Source: Candidatus Saccharimonadota bacterium
Lineage (GTDB): Archaea; Micrarchaeota; Micrarchaeia; Micrarchaeales; Micrarchaeaceae
Assembly: GCA_963705375.1 (NCBI GenBank)
Contig: OY970071.1
Location: 750,001 to 782,000, forward strand
Length of the DNA: 32,000 nt
Reading direction: 5' to 3'
Under the pieces are notes generated by a model. It searched no databases and was not told the origin of the DNA. It worked only from the letters and a program-made list of their open reading frames with translations. Positions 23,732 to 32,000 of this stretch are shown here, piece after piece. A program made the translations under genes and the position numbers. Within the stretch, counting starts at the first letter, position 1. The number at the start of each line of letters is the position of its first letter.

Positions 23732-26314
23732 ATGCATGGGAAAACTAAGAGATCTCAATCTGCCATGGAGTATCTCATGACGTACGGCTGGGCGATTCTG
23801 GTTATTGCTGTCGTACTTGCTTCTCTGTTTGGGTTGGGCGTGTTCAACAGCGGTACTTCTGTAGTCGGCACCTCCTGTTCATCACGTATCGGCTATCTGT
23901 GCAGCAATCCAGTCCTGCTTTCTAACGGTCTGTTGTCCACAACAATAGGCTCTTCACAGCCGATAACTGTTACCGGTGTCGCATGTTCTAGCGGTTCTTC
24001 CTCACCGTCAAGTTTCAGCTCTGCGAATATAGCTCTCGCTGCAGGCGCACAGCAGAATGTCGACTTCCCCTGCTCACTATCTTCAAATGCGCTGGGCACG
24101 CCTTTCGCAGGAACATTATGGATGCAGTACGCGCAGAACGGCCAAACTGGTCTTGTGACGCAGGTTGCATCGGTGAATGCCAAGGTCGCTGCCTTTGGTT
24201 CTGGAGGTGGAGGCGGTGGTACTACGACCGTAGGAACTACAACCATAGGAACTACGACCACACCCTCATCATCCACATACTCTTTCTCTGCGACAGCAGG
24301 ATCTGGAGGCTCAGTGTCGTGCCGTTCTTCAGGCTCTACAATACCATGCACTGGAAACTACGCAGCAGGAAACACAATCACGATTAACGCGATACCGAAT
24401 TCGGGCAATACATTCAACTACTGGACAGGTACGTGCGCAGGTTCAAATCCATGCACGTTCACAATGCCCGCAAATGCAGTTGATGATTCTGCGAGCTTCT
24501 TTGCGACGTCATCATCAGCACAGTATGTGGCGCAGTTCGACGGAGAGAGTGGTGCCATCAGTACAGGAACGACTGATTTCCCTTTCACCACAGGCTCTCC
24601 AAATTCGTTCTTCACTTGGGTCTATGTGGGCGCAACTCAGGGCCTTTCTGCTCTATTTATTTATGGTGGAAGTGGTGGAAATGGTCCAGAAGCGATAGCC
24701 CTGAATGTCTCATCTACTCATGCAAGATTGGACTATCCGGATGGGGCTGATTATGAAGCTGCGCCGTTCACACTTAATTCATGGCATTTTGTAGGTTTCA
24801 CATATGATGGCGGAACAACGGTCAACTTATACGTAGATGGCGGCTCTCCAGAAACGTACACAAACGTACGGCAACAAGATGTAGGAACTAATCCGTCTTT
24901 TATAGCATATATCGGAGGTGTGGGTGCTCCAGTGTATGGTTATTACACACAAGGTTACATGTCAGATGCCCAGTTCTACGCCACAGAGCTTTCGTCAAGC
25001 AAGGTGCACGCCCTGTATACTGAGGGCATGGGTGGTACTGCAATGCCTGCATCTGACTTGGTGGGCTGGTGGCAACTGAACAACAACGCGAATGATTATA
25101 GCGGAAATGGCAACACGGGCACTCCGTCGTCAGGCGTTACCTTTGTTACAATTGCAAACGTCATTCCTTTGAGTCAGATAACATACGCTTTCTCAGCAAC
25201 TCCTGGCTCTGGTGGTTCGGTGTCGTGCCGTTCTTCAGGGTCGACGATACCTTGCACCGGAAACTATGCTGCAGGAAACACCATTACTCTTAATGCAATA
25301 CCAAGCTCGGGCTATGCATTCGACAGCTGGACAGGGACTTATTCAAACAGCCTTAATCCCTGGACGCTTACACTCCCTGCAAATGCGGTTACTGAGACTG
25401 CAAACTTCATTTTGACAACACCTCAGTTGCGCACAATAGCCACAGGGCAGGTCGCTCCGATGAGTGTAGTGGTCGACAGCAGCGGCAACGTCTACTGGGG
25501 TGGGGAAGGGGGTAATATAAAGGAGCTGCCAAGCGGCCTATCCGGCAACGACAATATCATAACGGTTGCATCTGGACAATCCAACCCGAATTATGTTGCA
25601 GTTGGCGATGGCAACATCTACTGGATAAATTTGGGCTTTTCAGACACCACCAATGTGGTGGAATACAATTCAGGAAGCCTCTGGACGGGTACAGGAACTC
25701 CTTTGGCATTAGCAGCAGGCAACAGCAAAGTCTACTGGTCATACTGGCCTTACTCTGGAGACAGCAGCCTCATGGAGTATCCTGGCGGCACGCTCTACAC
25801 GGCACATGATGTCCAGCCCTCTAGCATAGTGGTCAGCAACGGCAACATCTACTGGACTGATCCAAGTGCTATTAGGGAGTACACCTCAGGAAGCGTCGTA
25901 ACGCTTGCGACAGGACAGGACAGCCCTAGATCGGTAGCTGTAGACAGCAGCGGCAACGTCTACTGGGCGAATGACGGTTCTTACCCCAACGTTGGCACCA
26001 TCATGGAACTGCCCAGCGGGAAGATTGGAAACGCCAATGTCATAACGCTTGCGTCGGGGCTGAACCAGCCAGGTGCTTGTTGTGGTTCTGGCTTTGGAAT
26101 TGGAACGGCAGTTACTAATGGCAACGTCTATTGGATTACAGATGACTCGGAAGGCCACGCAAGTCTCGTGCAGGAGATGCCAAGCGGTATGTCAGGCAAC
26201 GACAATGTCATAACAATTGCATCTGGACAGAACTACGCAGATAGTATAGCGGCAATCAACGGCAAGGTATACTGGGCAAACCTAAACGACGGTACCATTA
26301 TGGAGTATTCGTGA
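23732..26314 (+). CDS. large secreted/surface protein with class III (type IV pilin-like) signal peptide, two B-repeat-like domains, a LamG-like domain and a 7-repeat beta-propeller
   Basis: 860 aa. The leader MHGKTKRS|QSAMEYLMTYGWAILVIAVVLASLF has basic residues, Ser at -1, Gln at +1, Glu at +5 and a hydrophobic helix. A Gly/Thr linker spans aa 156-180. B-repeat-like modules are aa 183-250 and 485-553. The LamG-like core is aa about 262-435 (FDG...WHFVGFTYDG...LYVDG...ELSSSKVHALY). Seven G-N-[VI]-Y-W ... [IV]-x-E-[YLM]-x-S-G units span aa about 565-860. Confidence 0.85.
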   Translation: MHGKTKRSQSAMEYLMTYGWAILVIAVVLASLFGLGVFNSGTSVVGTSCSSRIGYLCSNPVLLSNGLLSTTIGSSQPITVTGVACSSGSSSPSSFSSANIALAAGAQQNVDFPCSLSSNALGTPFAGTLWMQYAQNGQTGLVTQVASVNAKVAAFGSGGGGGGTTTVGTTTIGTTTTPSSSTYSFSATAGSGGSVSCRSSGSTIPCTGNYAAGNTITINAIPNSGNTFNYWTGTCAGSNPCTFTMPANAVDDSASFFATSSSAQYVAQFDGESGAISTGTTDFPFTTGSPNSFFTWVYVGATQGLSALFIYGGSGGNGPEAIALNVSSTHARLDYPDGADYEAAPFTLNSWHFVGFTYDGGTTVNLYVDGGSPETYTNVRQQDVGTNPSFIAYIGGVGAPVYGYYTQGYMSDAQFYATELSSSKVHALYTEGMGGTAMPASDLVGWWQLNNNANDYSGNGNTGTPSSGVTFVTIANVIPLSQITYAFSATPGSGGSVSCRSSGSTIPCTGNYAAGNTITLNAIPSSGYAFDSWTGTYSNSLNPWTLTLPANAVTETANFILTTPQLRTIATGQVAPMSVVVDSSGNVYWGGEGGNIKELPSGLSGNDNIITVASGQSNPNYVAVGDGNIYWINLGFSDTTNVVEYNSGSLWTGTGTPLALAAGNSKVYWSYWPYSGDSSLMEYPGGTLYTAHDVQPSSIVVSNGNIYWTDPSAIREYTSGSVVTLATGQDSPRSVAVDSSGNVYWANDGSYPNVGTIMELPSGKIGNANVITLASGLNQPGACCGSGFGIGTAVTNGNVYWITDDSEGHASLVQEMPSGMSGNDNVITIASGQNYADSIAAINGKVYWANLNDGTIMEYS
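24221..24259 (+). repeat. 15-nt tandem repeat (about 2.6 copies) encoding the Thr-rich linker
   Basis: ACTACGACC / GTAGGAACTACAACC / ATAGGAACTACGACC encodes TTT-VGTTT-IGTTT. Confidence 0.7.
24278..24481 (+). repeat. intragenic duplicated module, copy 1 (B-repeat-like domain)
   Basis: YSFSATAGSGGSVSCRSSGSTIPCTGNYAAGNTITINAIPNSGNTFNYWTGT... The DNA shares an identical 20-mer GTGTCGTGCCGTTCTTCAGG (24314-24333) with copy 2. Confidence 0.8.
25184..25390 (+). repeat. intragenic duplicated module, copy 2 (B-repeat-like domain)
   Basis: YAFSATPGSGGSVSCRSSGSTIPCTGNYAAGNTITLNAIPSSGYAFDSWTGT... The identical 20-mer is at 25220-25239. Confidence 0.8.
25424..26311 (+). repeat. seven tandem propeller-blade repeats (about 40-55 aa each)
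   Basis: The hYW motif occurs seven times, at about aa 587, 629, 667, 706, 743, 799 and 846. Each is followed by h-x-E-h-x-S/G-G. The first and last units also share near-identical DNA (GGCAACGACAAT[AG]TCATAAC..TTGCATCTGGACA). Confidence 0.75.
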
Positions 26315-26560
26315 TGCGTTTGGGCAACAGAGTGACACATACGGGTACTGGTGCCGGAGGTGCAGGAGGCAGTGTGACGCTTACATGGAATGGTTCTCCT
26401 TCACGTATTCCGTGACGTCTGTTCTGAGGTTGATTCTGCAAAGCGCTGACCGATACAATCATCTACAAAAGAACAGAACAAACATCAATATCCACGGCAA
26501 ACGTTGTGTTATCAAACTATGCGTTGTATGTGTGCCGTGCATTTCGCTTTTAGTTTGCAT

Positions 26561-27631
26561 CTATGTGGATTTCTTTGGCGGCTTGCCAACAACGGGTATA
26601 GTGTTCTTGCATGCTGGACACCTGTTCTCACTATCCAATTTCCACTCTGTCAAATTGAGCCCGTAGCGTCCTATGACAAGTTCGCCGCATTTTGGACAAT
26701 ATGTGCTCTCGTAATGATTACCCGGATCATTACCTATGTAGACGTAGTTTAGGCCGTTTCTTTTTGCAATGTCGTAATGTGCCTTGAGCGAGTCATAATC
26801 AGTCTCCGGTACATCGAGCATCTTGTAGTTTGGAAAGAATCTGGTGAAGTGGATTGGTGTGTCTTCGCCTAATTCATCATGCAGCCATCTTGTCAAATTC
26901 CTGCACGCTTCTAGTGAGTCTCCGACTCCTGGCACCACCAGGTCCGTTATCTCTACATGTATGCCCACTTTTTTCAATTCACGAAGTGCCTCTTTTATCG
27001 GGTCGCTTGATAGTATACCACAATACTTCCTTACAAAGCTCTGCTCTCCGCTGCCTTTGAAATCCACAACAACCGCGTCTATTAGGCCCTTCATTTCCCT
27101 CACGGCTTCTTTTGTCATATAACCATTCGTCACAAACACGTTGAACAGTCCTTTCTTATGTGCTATCTTGGCAGTATCCAGCGCATATTCTATGAATATT
27201 GTGGGCTCATTGTACGTGTATGCCATGCCTTGCGCTCCGTCATTTAAAGCGCGTGCAACTGCGTCTTTTGGCAAAAGTTCAATACCAACTTCGCAACGTC
27301 TCTTCGAAATCTCCGGATTCTGGCAGAACTTACATCCAAAGTTGCAAGAAAGAGTTCCGACACCCAACACATAGCTGCCAGGCATGAAATGGTTGAAGGG
27401 TTTCTTCTCTATAGGGTCCAACTGAACTGCTGCAAGCCTTCCATAACTATTGAGGTATAACTTTCCCTTTACATTCTGCCTGAGATAGCAGAATCCATAT
27501 GAACCGTTTGGTATCTTGCATCTCCTTGCGCAGGCAAAACACTCTACGTTCTCCTCTCCTTCAGGCTTCCATAATCTAGCTTCTTTTATCATCAGAATGC
27601 ATTGGCGTTCCATGTATTTATTCATTGGCAT
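26561..27631 (-). CDS. AmmeMemoRadiSam-system-type radical SAM enzyme (PFL-activase-like)
   Basis: 356 aa. N-terminal Cys pair ECFACARRCKIPNGSYGFC; radical SAM cluster SCNFGCKFCQNPEIS; C-terminal zinc ribbon CPKCG...CPAC. A T/A-rich TATA-like run about 29 nt upstream of ATG 27631 supports this start. Confidence 0.8.
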   Translation of the reverse strand: MPMNKYMERQCILMIKEARLWKPEGEENVECFACARRCKIPNGSYGFCYLRQNVKGKLYLNSYGRLAAVQLDPIEKKPFNHFMPGSYVLGVGTLSCNFGCKFCQNPEISKRRCEVGIELLPKDAVARALNDGAQGMAYTYNEPTIFIEYALDTAKIAHKKGLFNVFVTNGYMTKEAVREMKGLIDAVVVDFKGSGEQSFVRKYCGILSSDPIKEALRELKKVGIHVEITDLVVPGVGDSLEACRNLTRWLHDELGEDTPIHFTRFFPNYKMLDVPETDYDSLKAHYDIAKRNGLNYVYIGNDPGNHYESTYCPKCGELVIGRYGLNLTEWKLDSENRCPACKNTIPVVGKPPKKST

Positions 27632-27726
27632 CAGTGCTTTGTAACAAGTTAGAAAATATTAAAAAAGCAAGCGTTTTTAGCCTAGTTTTCATATTCATAG
27701 AAAGGGATTTAAGTACCAAAAACACA

Positions 27727-27738
27727 AGATAATAAAAG
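27727..27738 (+). promoter_or_regulatory. TATA box of the gyrB-gyrA operon (leaderless spacing)
   Basis: AGATAATAAAAG is centred about 26 nt upstream of ATG 27759. Confidence 0.5.
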
Positions 27739-27758
27739 CTATTTTAGGCCTGATTTTA

Positions 27759-29675
27759 ATGGAACTTGGAGAATACACCGCAAAGGACATTATGGTTCTT
27801 TCCGGACCGCAAGGAATACGGAAAAGGCCGGCGATGTATATAGGCTCAACCGGTAGCAGAGGGTTCATTCATTTACTTTATGAAGTGCTGGATAACGCCA
27901 TAGATGAGTCTCTGGCTGGTTATGCAAACACCATAACAATAACGCTTGAAAAAGAGGAAGATTCTGATACTGCCGAAGTGAACGATAACGGCAGGGGCAT
28001 ACCTGTCGACATAATACCAAAAGAAGGGCGCCCTGCGCTCGAAGTCATACTTACAAGCATCCATACGGGTGCAAAGTTTGAAAACAAGGCATACAAGGTT
28101 TCAGGGGGCCTCCACGGCGTCGGTCTTACCGTAGTCAACTCTCTTTCTGAAAAGACCGAAGTCACAGTAAAAAGGAACGGAAACGTCTACTTTCAGACGT
28201 TCAGCAGAGGCGCTCCAGTTACGCAACTCAAGATAATCGGCGCCTGCCCAACAGAAGAGCGGGGTACGACCGTAAAGTTCAAACCCGATGCCGAGATCTT
28301 CTCAACAAAGACTTTTGATTCATTCGAGCTTACAGAGCGTCTAAAGGAGTTGGGATTTCTGAATCCTGGCATCACCATAAACTTAATAGACAAGCGTGAG
28401 CCCGGAAACGAGCATAGGTTGACTTTCTCTTCAAAGCGCGGGATAGCCGACTTTGTAGACGAGATCAGAGGCACAAAGGAACCTCTGACCAAGCAAATAC
28501 TCATAAACAAGGAGGTCGACTCGGTAAAACTAGAGCTTGCAATACAGTACGTCAACGACTACAGTGAGACGCTTTTGTCTTTTGTGAATAGGATAAAGAC
28601 ACAGGATGGTGGAACGCACGTGACGGGCTTCCATACTGCACTGACAAGGGCGATAACTAACTACATGCAGAAAAACAAGAAACAGCAAAAAAGCAATGCG
28701 AGTATCGAAGGTGACGACACAAGAGAAGGGCTCATTGCGGTTCTGTCCATACTCATGCAGAATCCTGAATTTGAAGGTCAAACAAAGGAAAAGCTGGGAA
28801 ACATATCCATCAAGAGCACAATAGACGGACTGGTCTATTCCGCGCTTTCCACATATCTCGAAGAGAATCCTGCAGACGCGTCAAGCATAATGCGCAAAGC
28901 TCTTTCCTCTGCCGAAGCCCGAGAATCTGCAAAGAGGGCACGTGACCTTGTAAGGAAGAAGAGCGCCTTTGACGGAGCACTGCTGCCCGGAAAGCTGTCA
29001 GACTGCACAGAAGGCGATCCAGAGAAGATTGAGTTGTTCATAGTGGAAGGTGAGAGCGCAGCCGGATCTAGCAAACAGGGCAGGGACCGCCATTTCCAGG
29101 CTATTCTGCCGCTTAAGGGAAAAATACTTAACGTCGAGAAAGCTTCAGACGAAAAAATATTCAACAACGCAGAACTGCACACACTGGTTACCGCGTTGGG
29201 CACCGGAATAAAAGAAACGTTCAATCCTGACAATGTTAGATATAAGAAGGTCGTAATGCTCACAGATGCTGACGTAGACGGTAGCCACATACGTACGCTT
29301 CTGATGACTTTCTTCTATCGCTACATGCGGGCCCTAATAGACCGCGGAAACATATACATAGCACAACCACCCCTCTACAAGGTCTCGAAAGGCAAGGAAG
29401 TCCATTATGTTTATTCAGACAACGAGCTAAACGCAACGCTCAAGAAATATGACGGCAATGCAACCGTGCAGCGTTACAAAGGTCTCGGAGAAATGAACCC
29501 AGAGCAGCTTTGGGAAACTACAATGGATCCTGGAAAAAGGGTGCTCAAGAAAGTTTCGATAAAGGATGCGCAGCTTGCTGATGCGCTATTCACCACGCTT
29601 ATGGGTGTGGATGTAGAGCCTAGAAGGCACTTCTTAGAAGCTCACGCAAGCGAAGTGTCTTTCCTTGATGTATGA
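27759..29675 (+). CDS. gyrB: DNA gyrase subunit B
   Basis: 638 aa. GHKL ATPase motifs (LYEVLDNAIDE, DNGRGIP, GGLHGVG); Toprim (ELFIVEGESAGGS..., LTDADVDGSHI); the C-terminal motif QRYKGLGEMNPEQLWETTM. Confidence 0.97.
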   Translation: MELGEYTAKDIMVLSGPQGIRKRPAMYIGSTGSRGFIHLLYEVLDNAIDESLAGYANTITITLEKEEDSDTAEVNDNGRGIPVDIIPKEGRPALEVILTSIHTGAKFENKAYKVSGGLHGVGLTVVNSLSEKTEVTVKRNGNVYFQTFSRGAPVTQLKIIGACPTEERGTTVKFKPDAEIFSTKTFDSFELTERLKELGFLNPGITINLIDKREPGNEHRLTFSSKRGIADFVDEIRGTKEPLTKQILINKEVDSVKLELAIQYVNDYSETLLSFVNRIKTQDGGTHVTGFHTALTRAITNYMQKNKKQQKSNASIEGDDTREGLIAVLSILMQNPEFEGQTKEKLGNISIKSTIDGLVYSALSTYLEENPADASSIMRKALSSAEARESAKRARDLVRKKSAFDGALLPGKLSDCTEGDPEKIELFIVEGESAAGSSKQGRDRHFQAILPLKGKILNVEKASDEKIFNNAELHTLVTALGTGIKETFNPDNVRYKKVVMLTDADVDGSHIRTLLMTFFYRYMRALIDRGNIYIAQPPLYKVSKGKEVHYVYSDNELNATLKKYDGNATVQRYKGLGEMNPEQLWETTMDPGKRVLKKVSIKDAQLADALFTTLMGVDVEPRRHFLEAHASEVSFLDV

Positions 29676-29684
29676 GTGTTTAAA

Positions 29685-32000
29685 ATGGCCGAAATAATTG
29701 ACGTTTCTATAGAGCAGGAGATGCAGACCAGCTACATAGACTATGCCATGAGCGTCATCATAGGCCGAGCTTTGCCTGAAGTGCGTGACGGATTGAAACC
29801 AGCACAACGTCGAATCCTCTATGCGATGTACAAGCTCAACAACATGCACTCACAACCGACGAAGAAGAGCGCAAGGATTGTCGGTGAATGCATCGGAAAA
29901 TATCATCCTCATGGTGACGTTGCAGTGTATGAGACGCTTGTAAGGATGGCCCAGGATTTCAGCATGAACTACATGTTTGTCGAGGGTCAGGGCAACATGG
30001 GATCCGTAGACGGTGACCCTCCTGCCGCGATGAGATACACAGAGGTGCGTCTTTCAACAATCGCCGAAGAGGTGCTTTCTGATTTGGAAAAGAAAACGGT
30101 CAAATTCATTCCAAACTTCGATAACACAGAGGAAGAGCCCACAATAATGCCTTCGAGGATTCCAAACCTGCTTCTAAACGGCGCAGCGGGAATAGCTGTC
30201 GGTGTGGCTACAAGCATAATGCCCCACAATCTCTCTGAACTGTGCGACGCAATAAACGCATATGTGGACAACCCGGAGATAAACAACGAAGGACTGCTAA
30301 ACTATGTGAAGGCGCCAGACTTTCCTACAGGGGGCACGGTGTTCCACAACACACATCTTACGGAGTCATATCTTACGGGCCGTGGCACTGTCACCATCAA
30401 AGGGACTGCAATAATCGAGGAGAAGAACAATAGGCAATCCATAATAATAACAGAGATACCTTACACTGTCAACAAATCCCTTCTTGTTGAAAGCATTGCG
30501 CACCTGGTTTCAGAGAAGAAGCTAGTCGGAATCTCTGACCTTCGCGACGAAAGCGGCAAGGAAGGCATGCGCATTGTTATTGACCTGAAGCCCGGCACTG
30601 CTTCCGACAGTGTCCTGAATTTCCTATATGCTCACACACAGCTCCAGATATCCCTGCCTGTCATGAACATAGCCATACTGGGCAACAGTCTTGTCACGCT
30701 GAACCTCAAGCAGTACTTCAAGACATTCGTCTCATACCGCCAGGAAGTGATAAGAAATAGGTGCAATTACGAGCTTGGAATAGCTCAGGACAAGCGCCAC
30801 ATAGTCGAAGGCCTTCTTGTCGCGCTAAACAACATAGACGGCGTCATAGATTTGATAAGGAAGAGCAGGACCTCAAAGGACGCCCAAGCGTCTCTGATAG
30901 AACAGTACAAACTCAGTGAAAAGCAAGCTAATGCGATACTCGAGATGCGGCTGAGCAGGCTCACAAGCATGGAGGTGGAAGAGCTCAACCATGACCGGGA
31001 AACGCTCACAAAAGAGATAGACTCACTGCAGAAGACACTATCCGATGAACGCAATATCCTTCAGATCGTCAAGGACGAAACAGCAGAGATAAAAAGAAAG
31101 TACGGAAGGCCACGGCGCACCAACATAGATTATAATGCCGCTGTTCAAGAATTCACTAGAGAGGATATGATAGTGGATGAAGAGACAACAGTCATACTTA
31201 CAAAGAAGAACTACATAAAGAGGCTGCCCACCAGTGCATACAAGGAGCAGGGGCGCGGAGGCAAGGGCATCATAGCCATAGAGTTAAACGAGGGCGACTT
31301 CGTCAAATCCGTGGTGCCGTGCATGCTCAAAGACTACCTGCTGTTGGTTTCCAACAAGGGCAGGGCATACTGGCTCAAGGCGTACATGGTTCCTCAGGAA
31401 GGCAGGTATGGGATGGGCAAGGCCATAGTTAACTTGGTGAAGCTGGGCGAAGGCGAGCGCGTTCACAGCATAATAAACACAAAATCCTTCTCAGGCACAT
31501 ATCTGACGTTCATAACAACAAAGGGCAGGATAAAACGCGTTGCGGCAGAGCGTTTCTCAAGACCAAGGGCAAGCGGAATAATTGCTATACCGCTGCTCGA
31601 CGGCGATGAGCTTGCCGACGTGTGCGTTTCATCAGGTACATTAGAGCTTTTCATAGCGACAAAGCGCGGAAAATCATTGAGATTCACAGAGTCCGGCCTG
31701 CGGCCTATGGGTCGTGTAGCGCACGGCGTAAAGGGCCTGCGCGTTGCGCCCGAAGATTCGGTTGTCAACATAATAGCTGCACGCAAAGGTGATCTTCTAG
31801 CTTCTGTCACGGAACTAGGCTACGGTAAAGTCACCGAAATCGACAAGTATAGGCTTCAGAAGCGTGCAGGCAAGGGCGTCATCAACATGCATCTCAAGGA
31901 AAAAACAGGCAACGTTATAAAAGTGCTGCGCGTGGAAGATGGAGACAATGTGCTGCTAGTGAACTCTAACGGTCTGTCTATAGAGTTCGAAGTTTCGAGC
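29685..32000 (+). CDS. gyrA: DNA gyrase subunit A (3'-truncated by the window edge)
   Basis: ATG 29685 lies 9 nt after the gyrB stop. I translated by hand to the window end (772 codons) and found no stop. [48 protein letters not shown]; active-site region [10 protein letters not shown]. It is absent from the ORF track only because no stop falls within the window. Confidence 0.95.
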   Translation, partial: MAEIIDVSIEQEMQTSYIDYAMSVIIGRALPEVRDGLKPAQRRILYAMYKLNNMHSQPTKKSARIVGECIGKYHPHGDVAVYETLVRMAQDFSMNYMFVEGQGNMGSVDGDPPAAMRYTEVRLSTIAEEVLSDLEKKTVKFIPNFDNTEEEPTIMPSRIPNLLLNGAAGIAVGVATSIMPHNLSELCDAINAYVDNPEINNEGLLNYVKAPDFPTGGTVFHNTHLTESYLTGRGTVTIKGTAIIEEKNNRQSIIITEIPYTVNKSLLVESIAHLVSEKKLVGISDLRDESGKEGMRIVIDLKPGTASDSVLNFLYAHTQLQISLPVMNIAILGNSLVTLNLKQYFKTFVSYRQEVIRNRCNYELGIAQDKRHIVEGLLVALNNIDGVIDLIRKSRTSKDAQASLIEQYKLSEKQANAILEMRLSRLTSMEVEELNHDRETLTKEIDSLQKTLSDERNILQIVKDETAEIKRKYGRPRRTNIDYNAAVQEFTREDMIVDEETTVILTKKNYIKRLPTSAYKEQGRGGKGIIAIELNEGDFVKSVVPCMLKDYLLLVSNKGRAYWLKAYMVPQEGRYGMGKAIVNLVKLGEGERVHSIINTKSFSGTYLTFITTKGRIKRVAAERFSRPRASGIIAIPLLDGDELADVCVSSGTLELFIATKRGKSLRFTESGLRPMGRVAHGVKGLRVAPEDSVVNIIAARKGDLLASVTELGYGKVTEIDKYRLQKRAGKGVINMHLKEKTGNVIKVLRVEDGDNVLLVNSNGLSIEFEVSS

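Noticed and set aside
23893-24351. 152-aa minus-strand ORF with a poly-Pro/Val run inside the surface-protein gene
   Set aside because: The Pro/Val run is the reverse complement of the Gly/Thr linker. There are no independent start signals, so this is a shadow ORF.
26385-26752. Two plus-strand ORFs (93 and 82 aa) in and beyond the 246-nt gap after the surface-protein gene
   Set aside because: Both run antisense into the 3' end of the radical SAM gene. They are Cys- and Leu-rich with no motifs and no promoter-like element. The gap itself shows no convincing RNA structure by eye.
1-32000. Checked for CRISPR arrays, transposases/IS ends, integrases, toxin-antitoxin pairs, restriction-modification or other defence-island content
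   Set aside because: I saw no spaced direct repeats and no transposase-, integrase- or nuclease-like ORFs. The only repeats are intragenic (surface protein) or short promoter palindromes. The window reads as core chromosome, not an accessory island.

Overview
Densely packed archaeal chromosomal segment with about 33 protein genes and 2 tRNA genes. I saw no rRNA, CRISPR array or mobile element. Archaeal assignment rests on RadA, a class I HMG-CoA reductase, the HMG-CoA synthase/thiolase/DUF35 trio, a two-subunit 2-oxoacid:ferredoxin oxidoreductase, diphthine synthase, a tRNA-splicing endonuclease, a split LplB/LplA lipoate ligase, TATA-box promoters and a class III (type IV pilin-like) signal peptide. 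Gyrase, the split lipoate ligase, the QSAMEYLMTYGWAIL pilin leader and an unusually long endonuclease resemble acidophilic Thermoplasmata or ARMAN/Micrarchaeota-type genomes; this cannot be confirmed without a database search. Most content is housekeeping: lipoylation, the upper mevalonate pathway, gyrase, recombination and nucleotide house-cleaning. The stand-out observation is RNA-level. The 5' end of a COG2403-family P-loop gene (minus strand, 22180..23523) carries a 21-nt in-frame insert with a TAG stop (23461..23481). The insert folds into a strict helix / 3-nt bulge / 4-bp helix / 3-nt bulge / helix (BHB) motif. Cutting by the standard archaeal BHB rule removes exactly those 21 nt and the stop, and gives the peptide GAAGRD-FHNFN, which I recall as the family consensus. 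That makes it a candidate endonuclease-spliced intron in an mRNA. The same window encodes a 389-aa, apparently three-unit tRNA-splicing endonuclease. It also holds two intron-containing tRNAs: tRNA-Lys(CUU) with a 36-nt intron in the T-loop (59/60), and tRNA-Gly(CCC) with a 13-nt canonical intron and an odd C55. Other points worth a second look are listed as findings. They include an 860-aa surface protein with a pilin-type leader, an M24 aminopeptidase lacking a usable start codon for its N-terminal domain, and a doubled 10-bp palindrome on the promoter of a Cys-less CysD/PAPS-reductase-like gene. All calls come from reading the sequence and ORF track; no searches or folding programs were run.
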